Origin: Oligoflexia bacterium
GTDB lineage: Bacteria > Bdellovibrionota > Bdellovibrionia > JABDDW01
Reading direction: 5' to 3'
DNA: 64,000 bases
NCBI GenBank assembly: GCA_020847095.1
Contig: JADLCR010000058.1
Coordinates: 3,778-67,777, forward strand
Below the pieces are notes generated by a model. The model saw nothing but the letters and a program-made list of their open reading frames with translations. It made no database searches and had not been told where the DNA came from. Positions 17,947-26,289 of the stretch are shown here, in pieces. The position numbers were made by a program, and so were the translations under genes. Every line of letters begins with the position of its first letter. Position 1 is the first letter of the stretch.

Positions 17947-19164
17947 ATGCGCACCTTTTGCTTAGCTCTAACAGTTTTTGCAGCGGCCTATGGCTCTAGC
18001 AGCGCCACTGCTATTGAAGGGGCAGGTCTTCGCGAACTTAGCCAGCTTCATCGGCATTTCTCGTCCATGGCCGTTGATCAACAGTATCAAGTCATTTACG
18101 CGCTCCAGAATTTCCTGGAACACCAAGATTTTTTGTTCGAAAAACACCAAACTCCCAAAAACGGTCGCGTGAGCTGGACATTGTTCGCAGAAGCGCATGC
18201 TGACAATCAAGGCCCCATTTGCTTTATTGCGGGCTGGCCCAGTACGGCCTACAGAAACGCCGCCGGACGGCTCAGCTGCAAAGCGCCCCCCGACTCGAGA
18301 TGTGACAATCCACCAAATTCGATACGATGTAATCCGTTGCTTTTCTCACAAGGTAACCAAACGGCGCCATGCGTTCCTATTTCCAATCACATGAGCCTTC
18401 AGTGTCGCGAGCAAAGCGACAGCCATAGCTCCTATCGCTATGCCAAAAATCATGAGACAGAGTTTGATAAATTGGCCAGTCAAATTGTTAGGTTTTGCGT
18501 GGCAATAATTGAAAATAAAGATAATCGGTCAGTGAATCCAGCGCTACAAAGAGATCAACTTGAAACCTGTAAAACCTTAGAAAAGCGAATCGGAGAAATC
18601 CGAGCGCGATTTGCCCATCGCATTGGGTCTAAATATTGCTCAATTCCTACGGCCGGACACACCATAGAGTTTCGAAAATTTGACTCTTCCAAAGGTGTCG
18701 TCATCACTCGCGACGCACGGGGGATCATGATCGATAGGCAAGAGTACACATTTAAAGAAGACAGGGGGCGAACGGTACTCAATACCTGTATTGGTCCTAT
18801 TTCGATTACACCTAGCCCCGGTGGAGAATGCGACGTTAGGCCGCTTGGAACCTCAACCGACATGAAGTTAGGTCACTGCTATTATAAACATGACTCTGTA
18901 GGCAACTTTATGGATCATCGCGTCTTTAAGTTTACTCTAAAAGATGCATCGTACAGCTCTTACACAGGAGATACGTTTCAATCTGGAGCCACAAGAACCA
19001 GCACTGGTTTTCAGCTAACAGTTTGCAAAAAGCCCGGCATGGTACCGGCCAATTTACCGCTTCAGATCGGATCTAGGGATTGTAACATTCAAATCAAATT
19101 CGATCAGAGTGCCGATGCCCCATCAGCATCGAATCCTAGCGGAAGTACCGATTCAGCAAAATAG
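17947..19164 (+). CDS. Secreted cysteine-rich hypothetical protein
   Basis: Signal MRTFCLALTVFAAAYGSSSATA, 14 Cys in the mature region including CFIAGWPS...CNPLLF...CVP. Confidence 0.8.
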   Translation: MRTFCLALTVFAAAYGSSSATAIEGAGLRELSQLHRHFSSMAVDQQYQVIYALQNFLEHQDFLFEKHQTPKNGRVSWTLFAEAHADNQGPICFIAGWPSTAYRNAAGRLSCKAPPDSRCDNPPNSIRCNPLLFSQGNQTAPCVPISNHMSLQCREQSDSHSSYRYAKNHETEFDKLASQIVRFCVAIIENKDNRSVNPALQRDQLETCKTLEKRIGEIRARFAHRIGSKYCSIPTAGHTIEFRKFDSSKGVVITRDARGIMIDRQEYTFKEDRGRTVLNTCIGPISITPSPGGECDVRPLGTSTDMKLGHCYYKHDSVGNFMDHRVFKFTLKDASYSSYTGDTFQSGATRTSTGFQLTVCKKPGMVPANLPLQIGSRDCNIQIKFDQSADAPSASNPSGSTDSAK

Positions 19165-19165
19165 A

Positions 19166-19681
19166 TTACTTCAACCTCAAATAGCGACAACCCCAAGTCT
19201 TTTTCTCTACGGGATAAATCACGCTGACAACGAGCTTTCCCGAATCTTCTAAATAAATATTCACATCCTTTTGAAGTGTCGATGGAAGGCAGATGGTGCC
19301 GCGGCAAGTCCACAGCCGTGAGCGAATACCGGATTCGGTCAATTCAGCCAAGTACTTTTGAATAATGGTATTGCCTTCTGAGTCAACTTTATGGCCGTAT
19401 GTTTCGGGTCGCCCGATAAACACAATCGTAGAATCTAGAGAATACTTGACGCCATGCAAATGAACCATGTCATAAGCCCTCTCATAGGTCAGCTCCATTT
19501 GAACCTGACCATTTGGAGACGCTTCCTTTAAGAGGTGCAAATCCTGAGGAGCGCTTTCATTACCATTTAGAGTGCAACGCTCAGGCGCCCAAACGCCCTT
19601 GAGCCGATTGAGGTCAAAAGCCTCTGCATGGGCGAACTGACTAAAAATCAATAGCAGTAGGGCTAGCAAAGAATATTTCAT
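19166..19681 (-). CDS. Secreted beta-rich hypothetical protein
   Basis: Signal MKYSLLALLLLIFSQFAHA. 4-nt overlap with the upstream peptidase gene. Confidence 0.8.
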   Translation of the reverse strand: MKYSLLALLLLIFSQFAHAEAFDLNRLKGVWAPERCTLNGNESAPQDLHLLKEASPNGQVQMELTYERAYDMVHLHGVKYSLDSTIVFIGRPETYGHKVDSEGNTIIQKYLAELTESGIRSRLWTCRGTICLPSTLQKDVNIYLEDSGKLVVSVIYPVEKKTWGCRYLRLK

Positions 19682-20544
19682 TTCGAGCCTCCGGTTTCTT
19701 CACAAGACATTTTTTTTCGAATCTTATTCAATTCGTAAAAATCAGAGTTAAATTTCTCCCGACTTATAATGGTCAAAGGCTTTTGAAGTTGAACATCCTC
19801 CATGGCCTTCAAGCCATAATGTTCGAGTTGAGCCATAAGAATGGCTGCAAAACTATCAAAGAGCTCAAAAAGTGCATTTTCGTCGCTGAGGCATTTCGAA
19901 AGAGTTTCTTTCCATAAGTGCGCCCTCATTGGATTGAATACAGAATGTTCGTACTGGTCGCTGAGTTTGGCTAATTTAGGGTTACTGAAATCCCTAGGAC
20001 TATGCTTTCCAGACTCTTTCATCACCACGACTCTAAAAAGATCCGCACAAAACTCATTGATTGGCAGGTAACTCTTTTCAATGGCATGGGTAATTGAACT
20101 TTCTGGGGGCACAAGCATTTTTTCATCGATCCCTTTTTTTGAAAGCCGATGATAGATTTTAATCACCGATGAATGATGCTTTTCCCAGTAGGCATCACAA
20201 ACAAGATGTCCCATTTCATGGCTTAAGGATTCGCTAATCTTCTTTTGAATATTTTTGTCTTTTTCCGAACTTGCACCAAAAGACAGCCACAATTTCCCTC
20301 GAATAGGATCGGCCATGCCATTGATGGAATCGGTCTGTTCGTCATCAAATTCGGCCGTAAGGTCGATTTTTCCAATTGTAAGATCTAAATGGTCAATCGC
20401 ACGACCTATTGGAGGCAAAACTTGTAGAGCCTGCTGGTCCCACCACGTGTTGAACTGGGGCGAAGTGCTCGCACTTTGCAAATAATTCAAATGAATTTCG
20501 CCCGCTAGAGCTTGCGAAACTAATATGGCGAATATGAACTTCAT
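19678..20544 (-). CDS. Secreted HExxH (gluzincin-like) zinc metallopeptidase
   Basis: Likely start MKFIFAILVSQALA at 20544, INGMA...LWLS, SLSHEMGHL, third-ligand motif INEFCADL. Confidence 0.75.
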   Translation of the reverse strand: MKFIFAILVSQALAGEIHLNYLQSASTSPQFNTWWDQQALQVLPPIGRAIDHLDLTIGKIDLTAEFDDEQTDSINGMADPIRGKLWLSFGASSEKDKNIQKKISESLSHEMGHLVCDAYWEKHHSSVIKIYHRLSKKGIDEKMLVPPESSITHAIEKSYLPINEFCADLFRVVVMKESGKHSPRDFSNPKLAKLSDQYEHSVFNPMRAHLWKETLSKCLSDENALFELFDSFAAILMAQLEHYGLKAMEDVQLQKPLTIISREKFNSDFYELNKIRKKMSCEETGGSK

Positions 20545-20603
20545 ATCAATGAAGTGCTTGCATCTGGCGAGCCATGCTGGCAATTATCGGTTCGTAAAGC
20601 ACT

Positions 20604-21440
20604 ATGGCAAATCAAGAGTTAACTAAAGAATACGTTTTAGGAACGGGACAAGACGAACTTGACCGGTTGGGACTTCAGCACCGCATTTGGGCCGATGCAG
20701 CCGTTAGCGCCTGGAAACGGGCCGGGATCGGCCCGGGGTCAAAGGTTTTAGATCTGGGCTGTGGGCCAGGATTTGCGTCTCTTGAGCTTGCGCAACTCGT
20801 GACCTCCAAAGGAAAAGTTATTGCTGTAGATGAGTCCAAGGGATTTGTCAGCCACCTTAACCAGCAGGCGGCGAAATTTGAATTGCCACATTTACAAGCC
20901 TACTCAGCAGACGCTCAGAATCTTCAATCAACTTTGAATGACAAGGGTTTCGATGCTGTGTACTGCCGTTGGCTATTGTGCTGGCTCCCAGAGCCACAAA
21001 AGGCTCTTGCGGAAGTTAAAAAAATCCTTAAGCCAGGCGGTCGATTCGTCATTCACGACTATTTCAATTGGCGCGCCATGTGCTCAGCTCCCCGTTCAAA
21101 ACCAATTGAAAAAATGGTCCAAGCGGCTGTTGCATCGTTTGAAGAGCGAAATGGAAATGTCGATATCGCAGCAAGCTTACCCAAACTCTTGCGCGAGACT
21201 GGATTTGTAGTTTCAGATTTCAGTATGCACGCCCGCGTGGCCCGCGGCGGCGGCCTTGATTCGACTTTTGCCTGGGTGAGCACGTGGTGGCACACCTATG
21301 GCCCAAAACTCGTTCAAATGGGAAAACTCAGTCAGTCGGATTGCGAACAGGCTCTACTAGCCATTGACGAAATTGGTCGAAATCCCGACCAGTTTTTTGT
21401 CTGCCCACCGGTTTTTGAATTCATTGCGAAAGCACCCTAA
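20604..21440 (+). CDS. Class I SAM-dependent methyltransferase
   Basis: EYVLG...ELDRLGLQH, VLDLGCGPG, FDAVYCRWLL, LKPGG. Confidence 0.92.
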   Translation: MANQELTKEYVLGTGQDELDRLGLQHRIWADAAVSAWKRAGIGPGSKVLDLGCGPGFASLELAQLVTSKGKVIAVDESKGFVSHLNQQAAKFELPHLQAYSADAQNLQSTLNDKGFDAVYCRWLLCWLPEPQKALAEVKKILKPGGRFVIHDYFNWRAMCSAPRSKPIEKMVQAAVASFEERNGNVDIAASLPKLLRETGFVVSDFSMHARVARGGGLDSTFAWVSTWWHTYGPKLVQMGKLSQSDCEQALLAIDEIGRNPDQFFVCPPVFEFIAKAP

Positions 21441-21462
21441 TTGAATTGGTCCTCGTCACGGG

Positions 21463-22125
21463 CTAGCGGCTTGCGCAACTCAAACCCCAAGTGGCTTCTT
21501 CGCGCGCGCGATCGTCATTCACGGGGTATAGAAATATGATTCCCATCTTGTCATCATTTTGCAGGCGATGAAAAGAATCAGGAGAAAAATACGACATAAT
21601 CGACATCGTGCTTTCTTGGGGGTGATCAAGACCCAGGCAATGTCCAATTTCGTGGGTAACCGTGCCTAAAAATTTTTGCGCCGACTCAAAGAGTCCACTG
21701 TGAAGATGAATTTCACACTGAGCTAATTCACCCGATTCAACTTTATACTTTGCTTCGCCCGAATTGATCCCCGCAGGGCTGGTATCATTAATGACAATTC
21801 TTCGCCTAAAGCTATGGGCCGCGTAATCGGAATCTGTGTCTCTCACAAGTTGAATGAACGATCCTTGTATATTATTGACGTCATTGAAAATTGAGGTCAT
21901 CAAATTATCAACAGACACGGTTGCCGGTCCCGACAGGGGATCCGAACCAGGAAGATCATTCTTTATGGTTCGACTCCCTTGTGTATAAGTCACAAATAAT
22001 TTTGTCATCGCCGCCGGAGATTTAGCCAAACGTCGCCATGGGCGTTCTTTTGTGTATAATCTAAAACCCGTGCAAAGTGTGGCCAGTAAGATTAGTTTGA
22101 TTGCCAAAGACCCGCTCAATCTCAC
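21463..22125 (-). CDS. Matrixin (M10/metzincin) family secreted metalloprotease
   Basis: HEIGHCLGLDHP (HExxHxxGxxH), Met-turn SIMSY, L-x-x-DD-x-x-G. Confidence 0.92.
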   Translation of the reverse strand: MRLSGSLAIKLILLATLCTGFRLYTKERPWRRLAKSPAAMTKLFVTYTQGSRTIKNDLPGSDPLSGPATVSVDNLMTSIFNDVNNIQGSFIQLVRDTDSDYAAHSFRRRIVINDTSPAGINSGEAKYKVESGELAQCEIHLHSGLFESAQKFLGTVTHEIGHCLGLDHPQESTMSIMSYFSPDSFHRLQNDDKMGIIFLYPVNDDRAREEATWGLSCASR

Positions 22126-22134
22126 GATTCCCCC

Positions 22135-22527
22135 TTAAAGATCCCAAGAAAGCCCGAGCACCCCATCACAAATCAATTGACCGTGGTGCTCGACAAGAGC
22201 TAGCACTTCGCCCCTAAAACCAATGCCCCAAATTATTCCCAAATCGAACCCAAGACTTCCAAATAGACCTACTCCAAATTCAGTAACCGCTGGTACGGCC
22301 GCAAAACCAAACTGTGTGTAGGTTTTTGAACCAATAAAAAAGCGCTTTCCGATGCCGTAGGTGTCCCGAGAAATGAGTCCACCTTCCCAATCATCCCACC
22401 CCACACGCACAGCACCGGGAAAAACAAAGTTATTACCGGCTCCAACGAAAACGTGTAAGTCCGATGGCCTGGCAGCATTAACGGGTGAAGTCAGAAATAG
22501 TAATAGAGTTAGAGTCAAAATTTTCAC
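22135..22527 (-). CDS. Small putative outer-membrane beta-barrel protein
   Basis: Signal ...TSPVNA, alternating amphipathic Gly/aromatic strands, C-terminal GLSWDL. Confidence 0.6.
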   Translation of the reverse strand: MKILTLTLLLFLTSPVNAARPSDLHVFVGAGNNFVFPGAVRVGWDDWEGGLISRDTYGIGKRFFIGSKTYTQFGFAAVPAVTEFGVGLFGSLGFDLGIIWGIGFRGEVLALVEHHGQLICDGVLGLSWDL

Positions 22528-23048
22528 AATTCGACTCCAACAGAAAAGCTAACTAGGTTTTGAAAATTCAACGCAGCATGAGCTGATATTTCGCGAAGTC
22601 CTAAGATGGCTTCGATATTGAGATAAGCGGGATCAAGTACAAACCATCGGACTCGAAAAGCCGGTCCACCCCCGCCATCGGACTCTTTGTTTGCCACCGG
22701 TTGCCCATCATCTTTAAACGAACGTTGAATATAAAACCCTCCAAGTCCAACCCCTGAAGTCACATCTCCCCAGATAAACTTTCCCGAGTTCCAGGTGCGA
22801 AACCAGGTCAATGAATAGGTGTTATGAAAATAATAGGCATTGCGAGTCCCACTGGCGCTGCCGCTAATGATCCAAGACTTTGTACCAAAGCCCGCATTGA
22901 TTGATGGAATATAACGAGCTGAATACGCTGAGTTTAGCCCAGCTCCAACCTCAACTACTGCCTGCGCCGTTGCACCAGTTAACAAAAAAATAATACCTAA
23001 AAAGTATTTCACCTCAGAAATGGTAAGTATCAGCGTCAAACAAGTCAA
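22524..23048 (-). CDS. Putative 8-stranded outer-membrane beta-barrel protein
   Basis: Signal ...GATAQA (true start probably the GTG of VKYFLG), amphipathic strands, C-terminal VSFSVGVEL. Confidence 0.65.
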   Translation of the reverse strand: MTCLTLILTISEVKYFLGIIFLLTGATAQAVVEVGAGLNSAYSARYIPSINAGFGTKSWIISGSASGTRNAYYFHNTYSLTWFRTWNSGKFIWGDVTSGVGLGGFYIQRSFKDDGQPVANKESDGGGGPAFRVRWFVLDPAYLNIEAILGLREISAHAALNFQNLVSFSVGVEL

Positions 23049-23246
23049 TGAGTCCCACAGAGAACTTTCACAAATATCGCGACCAAGTGGTTAGCATTTG
23101 CAAAATACCTTAAGCTCTTGTTGGGGAAGTATAAGGTCATTGTTACTAGAGTTGAGGTTATCTGGGGATCTCGCAGATCCCGGGCGAGCTAGTCATCAAT
23201 TGGGTTTGCTTCATCACTTCAAAACGTATTGAAGTGTCGTCAAAAC

Positions 23247-23262
23247 CTAGACTTAAGTCTAA
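23247..23262. promoter_or_regulatory. CTAGAC-TTAA-GTCTAA palindrome (YTRGAC-N4-GTCYAR)
   Basis: Contains the perfect 14-bp palindrome TAGACTTAAGTCTA, in a divergent intergenic region. Confidence 0.5.
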
Positions 23263-23336
23263 GTCCTTCTGCTTAATAACAATTGCGCGCAGCTTTTGAC
23301 ATTGGCAAAGTGATGAGTGAGGGAAGGGGGATCTCC

Positions 23337-24326
23337 ATGAAATCAAAAGTCGTTCTCGTTTATTTGCTTTTATTCGTGACAGTATCTTTTCGAATTGCAC
23401 CAGCTGGTGCGACCCCGGTAGCGCCACCTAATCTGATGGCAAGATGTATCGGAGGGATTTTTAACCCTAGTGTTTTCATCGAATGGACTCCAAGACCTCA
23501 TGTGACCAACTACGTGCTTCAAAAAGGCGACGCCACTCCCCAAGATCCAGATACCTTTTGGGGTTACATTAATAATGACGAAACTCAAGTGTTTCACGTC
23601 GATCGCAACGTGAACTATGGAGACACTTATTCTTATCGCATTAAGTATGATCCAAACACTGTTTCTGATACTGGAAAAGCCACCATTGACGAAGGATCTT
23701 GTGGGTTAGCTCCAGCGGATCCTGGAGAAATTATCGGCCGTTGTGTTGGTGGAATTCAATCTCCACACGTGGTTTTAGAGTGGGCACCGACCTCGCAAGG
23801 GCAGCTTAATCGCCTTCAAAGAGGACAGCATGAGAATCGCGCAAGCTTTTGGACTTTTTTGAACAACAACCCTAACTACTACTCCTATTCTGATTATTTG
23901 GTTGATCTGGGTGAAACCTATTTTTATCGCGTAAAACTCGGGCCCAACCTTACGACAACAACAGTCAAAGTTGTGGTCAATGAATTGACTTGTAGTAACG
24001 ACGAACTCCCTCAAGGCTATTTGACGGGCTATTGCGAAGGCGGTTCAAATCCGCGGGTGGTTTTGCGTTGGGGAAAAGGTGATCCCCAAGAGCCGCATCC
24101 GGTGAATTCAGTTCAGCGGGCTCAGCTCTTTCCGGTGCCTCCCGGCGGAACATCTTGGTCATTTTTGAATAACGATCCGGCGTTTTTTAAGTTCATCGAT
24201 AACCATGTGAAAATGGGCAATAGCTATGTTTATCGAGTGAAATACTCGCCAAGCACGCCATCAAATGAGTTTAAGATTCGCATTTCACCCAGGGCCTGCG
24301 GGTGTGCTCCGGACGATTGCCCCTAA
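23337..24326 (+). CDS. Secreted protein with three tandem fibronectin-type-III-like domains, each bracketed by Cys
   Basis: RBS GAGGGAAGGGGG before ATG 23337. Three ~95-aa repeats C-x-GG-x-x-P-x-V-x-x-x-W ... W-x-[FY]-x-NN ... D-x-x-V-x-x-G-x-x-Y-x-YR-x-K ... C. Confidence 0.8.
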   Translation: MKSKVVLVYLLLFVTVSFRIAPAGATPVAPPNLMARCIGGIFNPSVFIEWTPRPHVTNYVLQKGDATPQDPDTFWGYINNDETQVFHVDRNVNYGDTYSYRIKYDPNTVSDTGKATIDEGSCGLAPADPGEIIGRCVGGIQSPHVVLEWAPTSQGQLNRLQRGQHENRASFWTFLNNNPNYYSYSDYLVDLGETYFYRVKLGPNLTTTTVKVVVNELTCSNDELPQGYLTGYCEGGSNPRVVLRWGKGDPQEPHPVNSVQRAQLFPVPPGGTSWSFLNNDPAFFKFIDNHVKMGNSYVYRVKYSPSTPSNEFKIRISPRACGCAPDDCP

Positions 24327-24338
24327 CGCCCGGATTGT

Positions 24339-24354
24339 TGGCATATCAACTGCA
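24339..24354 (+). promoter_or_regulatory. Sigma54 (-24/-12) promoter candidate TGGCAT-N5-CTGCA
   Basis: GG-N10-GC spacing with a near-consensus TGGCA box, 45 nt upstream of ATG 24400. Confidence 0.6.
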
Positions 24355-24399
24355 ATGAGCAGCTGAGTCTCAATTCATTTAAACCAGAGGGAGATTCAG

Positions 24400-25311
24400 A
24401 TGCTGAATAAATTCGTGTGTATAGCTATTTCCATTTCTATGGCGGTCCCGTCAGTGGGATTTTCGAATATTGAGAAACAAACAGATCCGAAAATATTACA
24501 ATTGGCTACGCAATTAGTAGAAAACACTTACCACATTCAGGTGATTAAGGGAGAGCTTGTTGAACAAGAGGCGGCTCTGAATTCAGTAGGTCAGACCACT
24601 AGTTTTGATTGGAATAACCGACTAGAGCTGGGTTCTTCGATTGCGCTCGCAATCTTGTCAGTTTATTTGATTAAGCAATCAAAAAAGTATCATGATGTGA
24701 GGGCGCTCTTCGCGCTTTTATTTGGAGGGGCCTCAGGCCTTGCGTCTCTAGGGATGGGAGCCACTTTTGCGGTCGACGCAGGAATAGCCAGATGGATGAA
24801 AAACTCTGACAAGAAAAAGATTCAAGAGCAAATTAATCAAGCTAAACTGGAGTTAGCAAAACTTGAAAGCGAATCAAAGGCTAGGCTTGAGGCGCTACGA
24901 ACTTTTGACCCAGAAATTGATAGCAAAGTTTCACTTGTGATTCAAAGTCACGATTATCAGGTTCCTCGTTTTATTAAACTTCGAAAAGAGCTAGGCGAGC
25001 TCAAAGGGGCACTAGAACGAGAAAATACAGAATTAATGTTTTCTGGCATTACGACCGTAGGCTCAATCTATCAATTGGCGAAAAGTGTAGCGAGGGTTGG
25101 AACCCCTTTACCCCAAGGACATTTGAGTCATCGTACGCAAATTGGTTTGGCCGCTGTGGGTGCGTTACTTGTAAATCTCTGGACACTTAAGAATGTAAAC
25201 GACAAACAAGAGGTACTTGAAGACATTGCTGAGGTTGAACGACATCTGAGCGAAATCGAAGGTGCCTATAAATACGACCTGCTTGCAGCAATTCAAAGCG
25301 GAGCAATTTAA
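24400..25311 (+). CDS. Secreted hypothetical protein with two coiled-coil / hydrophobic-hairpin modules
   Basis: Signal peptide, RBS GAGGGAG, hydrophobic pairs (LGSSIALAILSVYLI; LFALLFGGASGLASLGMGATFAV) and (FSGITTVGSIYQLA; IGLAAVGALLVNLW) between heptad-rich helices. Confidence 0.75.
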   Translation: MLNKFVCIAISISMAVPSVGFSNIEKQTDPKILQLATQLVENTYHIQVIKGELVEQEAALNSVGQTTSFDWNNRLELGSSIALAILSVYLIKQSKKYHDVRALFALLFGGASGLASLGMGATFAVDAGIARWMKNSDKKKIQEQINQAKLELAKLESESKARLEALRTFDPEIDSKVSLVIQSHDYQVPRFIKLRKELGELKGALERENTELMFSGITTVGSIYQLAKSVARVGTPLPQGHLSHRTQIGLAAVGALLVNLWTLKNVNDKQEVLEDIAEVERHLSEIEGAYKYDLLAAIQSGAI

Positions 25312-25314
25312 AAA

Positions 25315-26169
25315 ATGTGGTTGAGGCTGGCGCTTTGCTTACTTCTCTCGGCTCCTTTGCGGGCTGCATTGGGGAGTGACGAGTGCCTCCTCAATCTCTC
25401 TTTACTTTCGAAAAGCGAGATTGAAAAAACAGTTAGTCAACAACTAGACGCGCATCTAAGGCTTGTTTCAGAGCGATCCGCTAAAAAAATCATTGGTAGA
25501 GTCTCTGCAAAAATAAAATCATCATCCATTTCCGAGGCGGATTTGCTTCAAACGACGGGCTATTTTTACGATTCTTTACAAGGCTCGTGGATTAAAAGAC
25601 TACTTAACTCCTTTTCTCAAGAAGGGGCTGAGCGAGAGCTCCATCAAGCGGAGGCTTTTAACAAAGCGGTTCACGAGTTTTTAAATAGCCACGGTGTAAA
25701 ACTAAGTCAGTCGCGTTGGGCGAGGGCGCGGCTTTGGATGATCAGAAATCAGACTCCACTCACATGGGCAAAATCTTTGGCAGTTAGTGCGACTGTTTCG
25801 TGGGCGCAATATCAGGCCACTGGTCAATTTTTTCTTTTACCCGTGATGTGGCCCAGTCTTTTTACTCCACAGTTTGATGGATTGAAAAGCCGCCTATTTT
25901 TTGCCAATCGAGTGTATCAGTCTCTAGTTTCAACATTTTACGCCATAGCACTGTCCTATTTCGTGCTAAATCCGACGCCGATTCAAGACGTGTTTGAGTC
26001 GCTAAGAGAAGATCAACTTCAAACCGAGCAAGCCCAAAGTCGTATACAAAAGACCTTGGATCAATTGAATCAATCTGAGTCAATGGCAACAGAAACTCAG
26101 AAGCTCTTAGACGAAATTGATCGAGAGCTCATGAAACGCAAAACTCCGTCCTACGCTGGTCATAACTAG
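25315..26169 (+). CDS. Secreted or membrane hypothetical protein
   Basis: Signal MWLRLALCLLLSAPLRA, two hydrophobic segments, C-terminal coiled coil. 3 nt after the previous stop. Confidence 0.7.
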   Translation: MWLRLALCLLLSAPLRAALGSDECLLNLSLLSKSEIEKTVSQQLDAHLRLVSERSAKKIIGRVSAKIKSSSISEADLLQTTGYFYDSLQGSWIKRLLNSFSQEGAERELHQAEAFNKAVHEFLNSHGVKLSQSRWARARLWMIRNQTPLTWAKSLAVSATVSWAQYQATGQFFLLPVMWPSLFTPQFDGLKSRLFFANRVYQSLVSTFYAIALSYFVLNPTPIQDVFESLREDQLQTEQAQSRIQKTLDQLNQSESMATETQKLLDEIDRELMKRKTPSYAGHN

Positions 26170-26210
26170 TTAAAATAATTATTTTTTTCGCAAATCTTAA
26201 ATTTTTTATT

Positions 26211-26232
26211 GATTATGATGGCCGTCATATTC
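26211..26232. promoter_or_regulatory. CRP/FNR-family-like site GATTATGA-N6-TCATATTC upstream of nirK
   Basis: TATGA-N6-TCATA is a perfect inverted repeat with CRP/FNR spacing (TGA-N6-TCA), about 60 nt before the ATG. Confidence 0.5.
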
Positions 26233-26289
26233 ATTGCCATAACATAATGATACCATTTTAGTCGGATAAACTACTGGAGGAACAATTCT

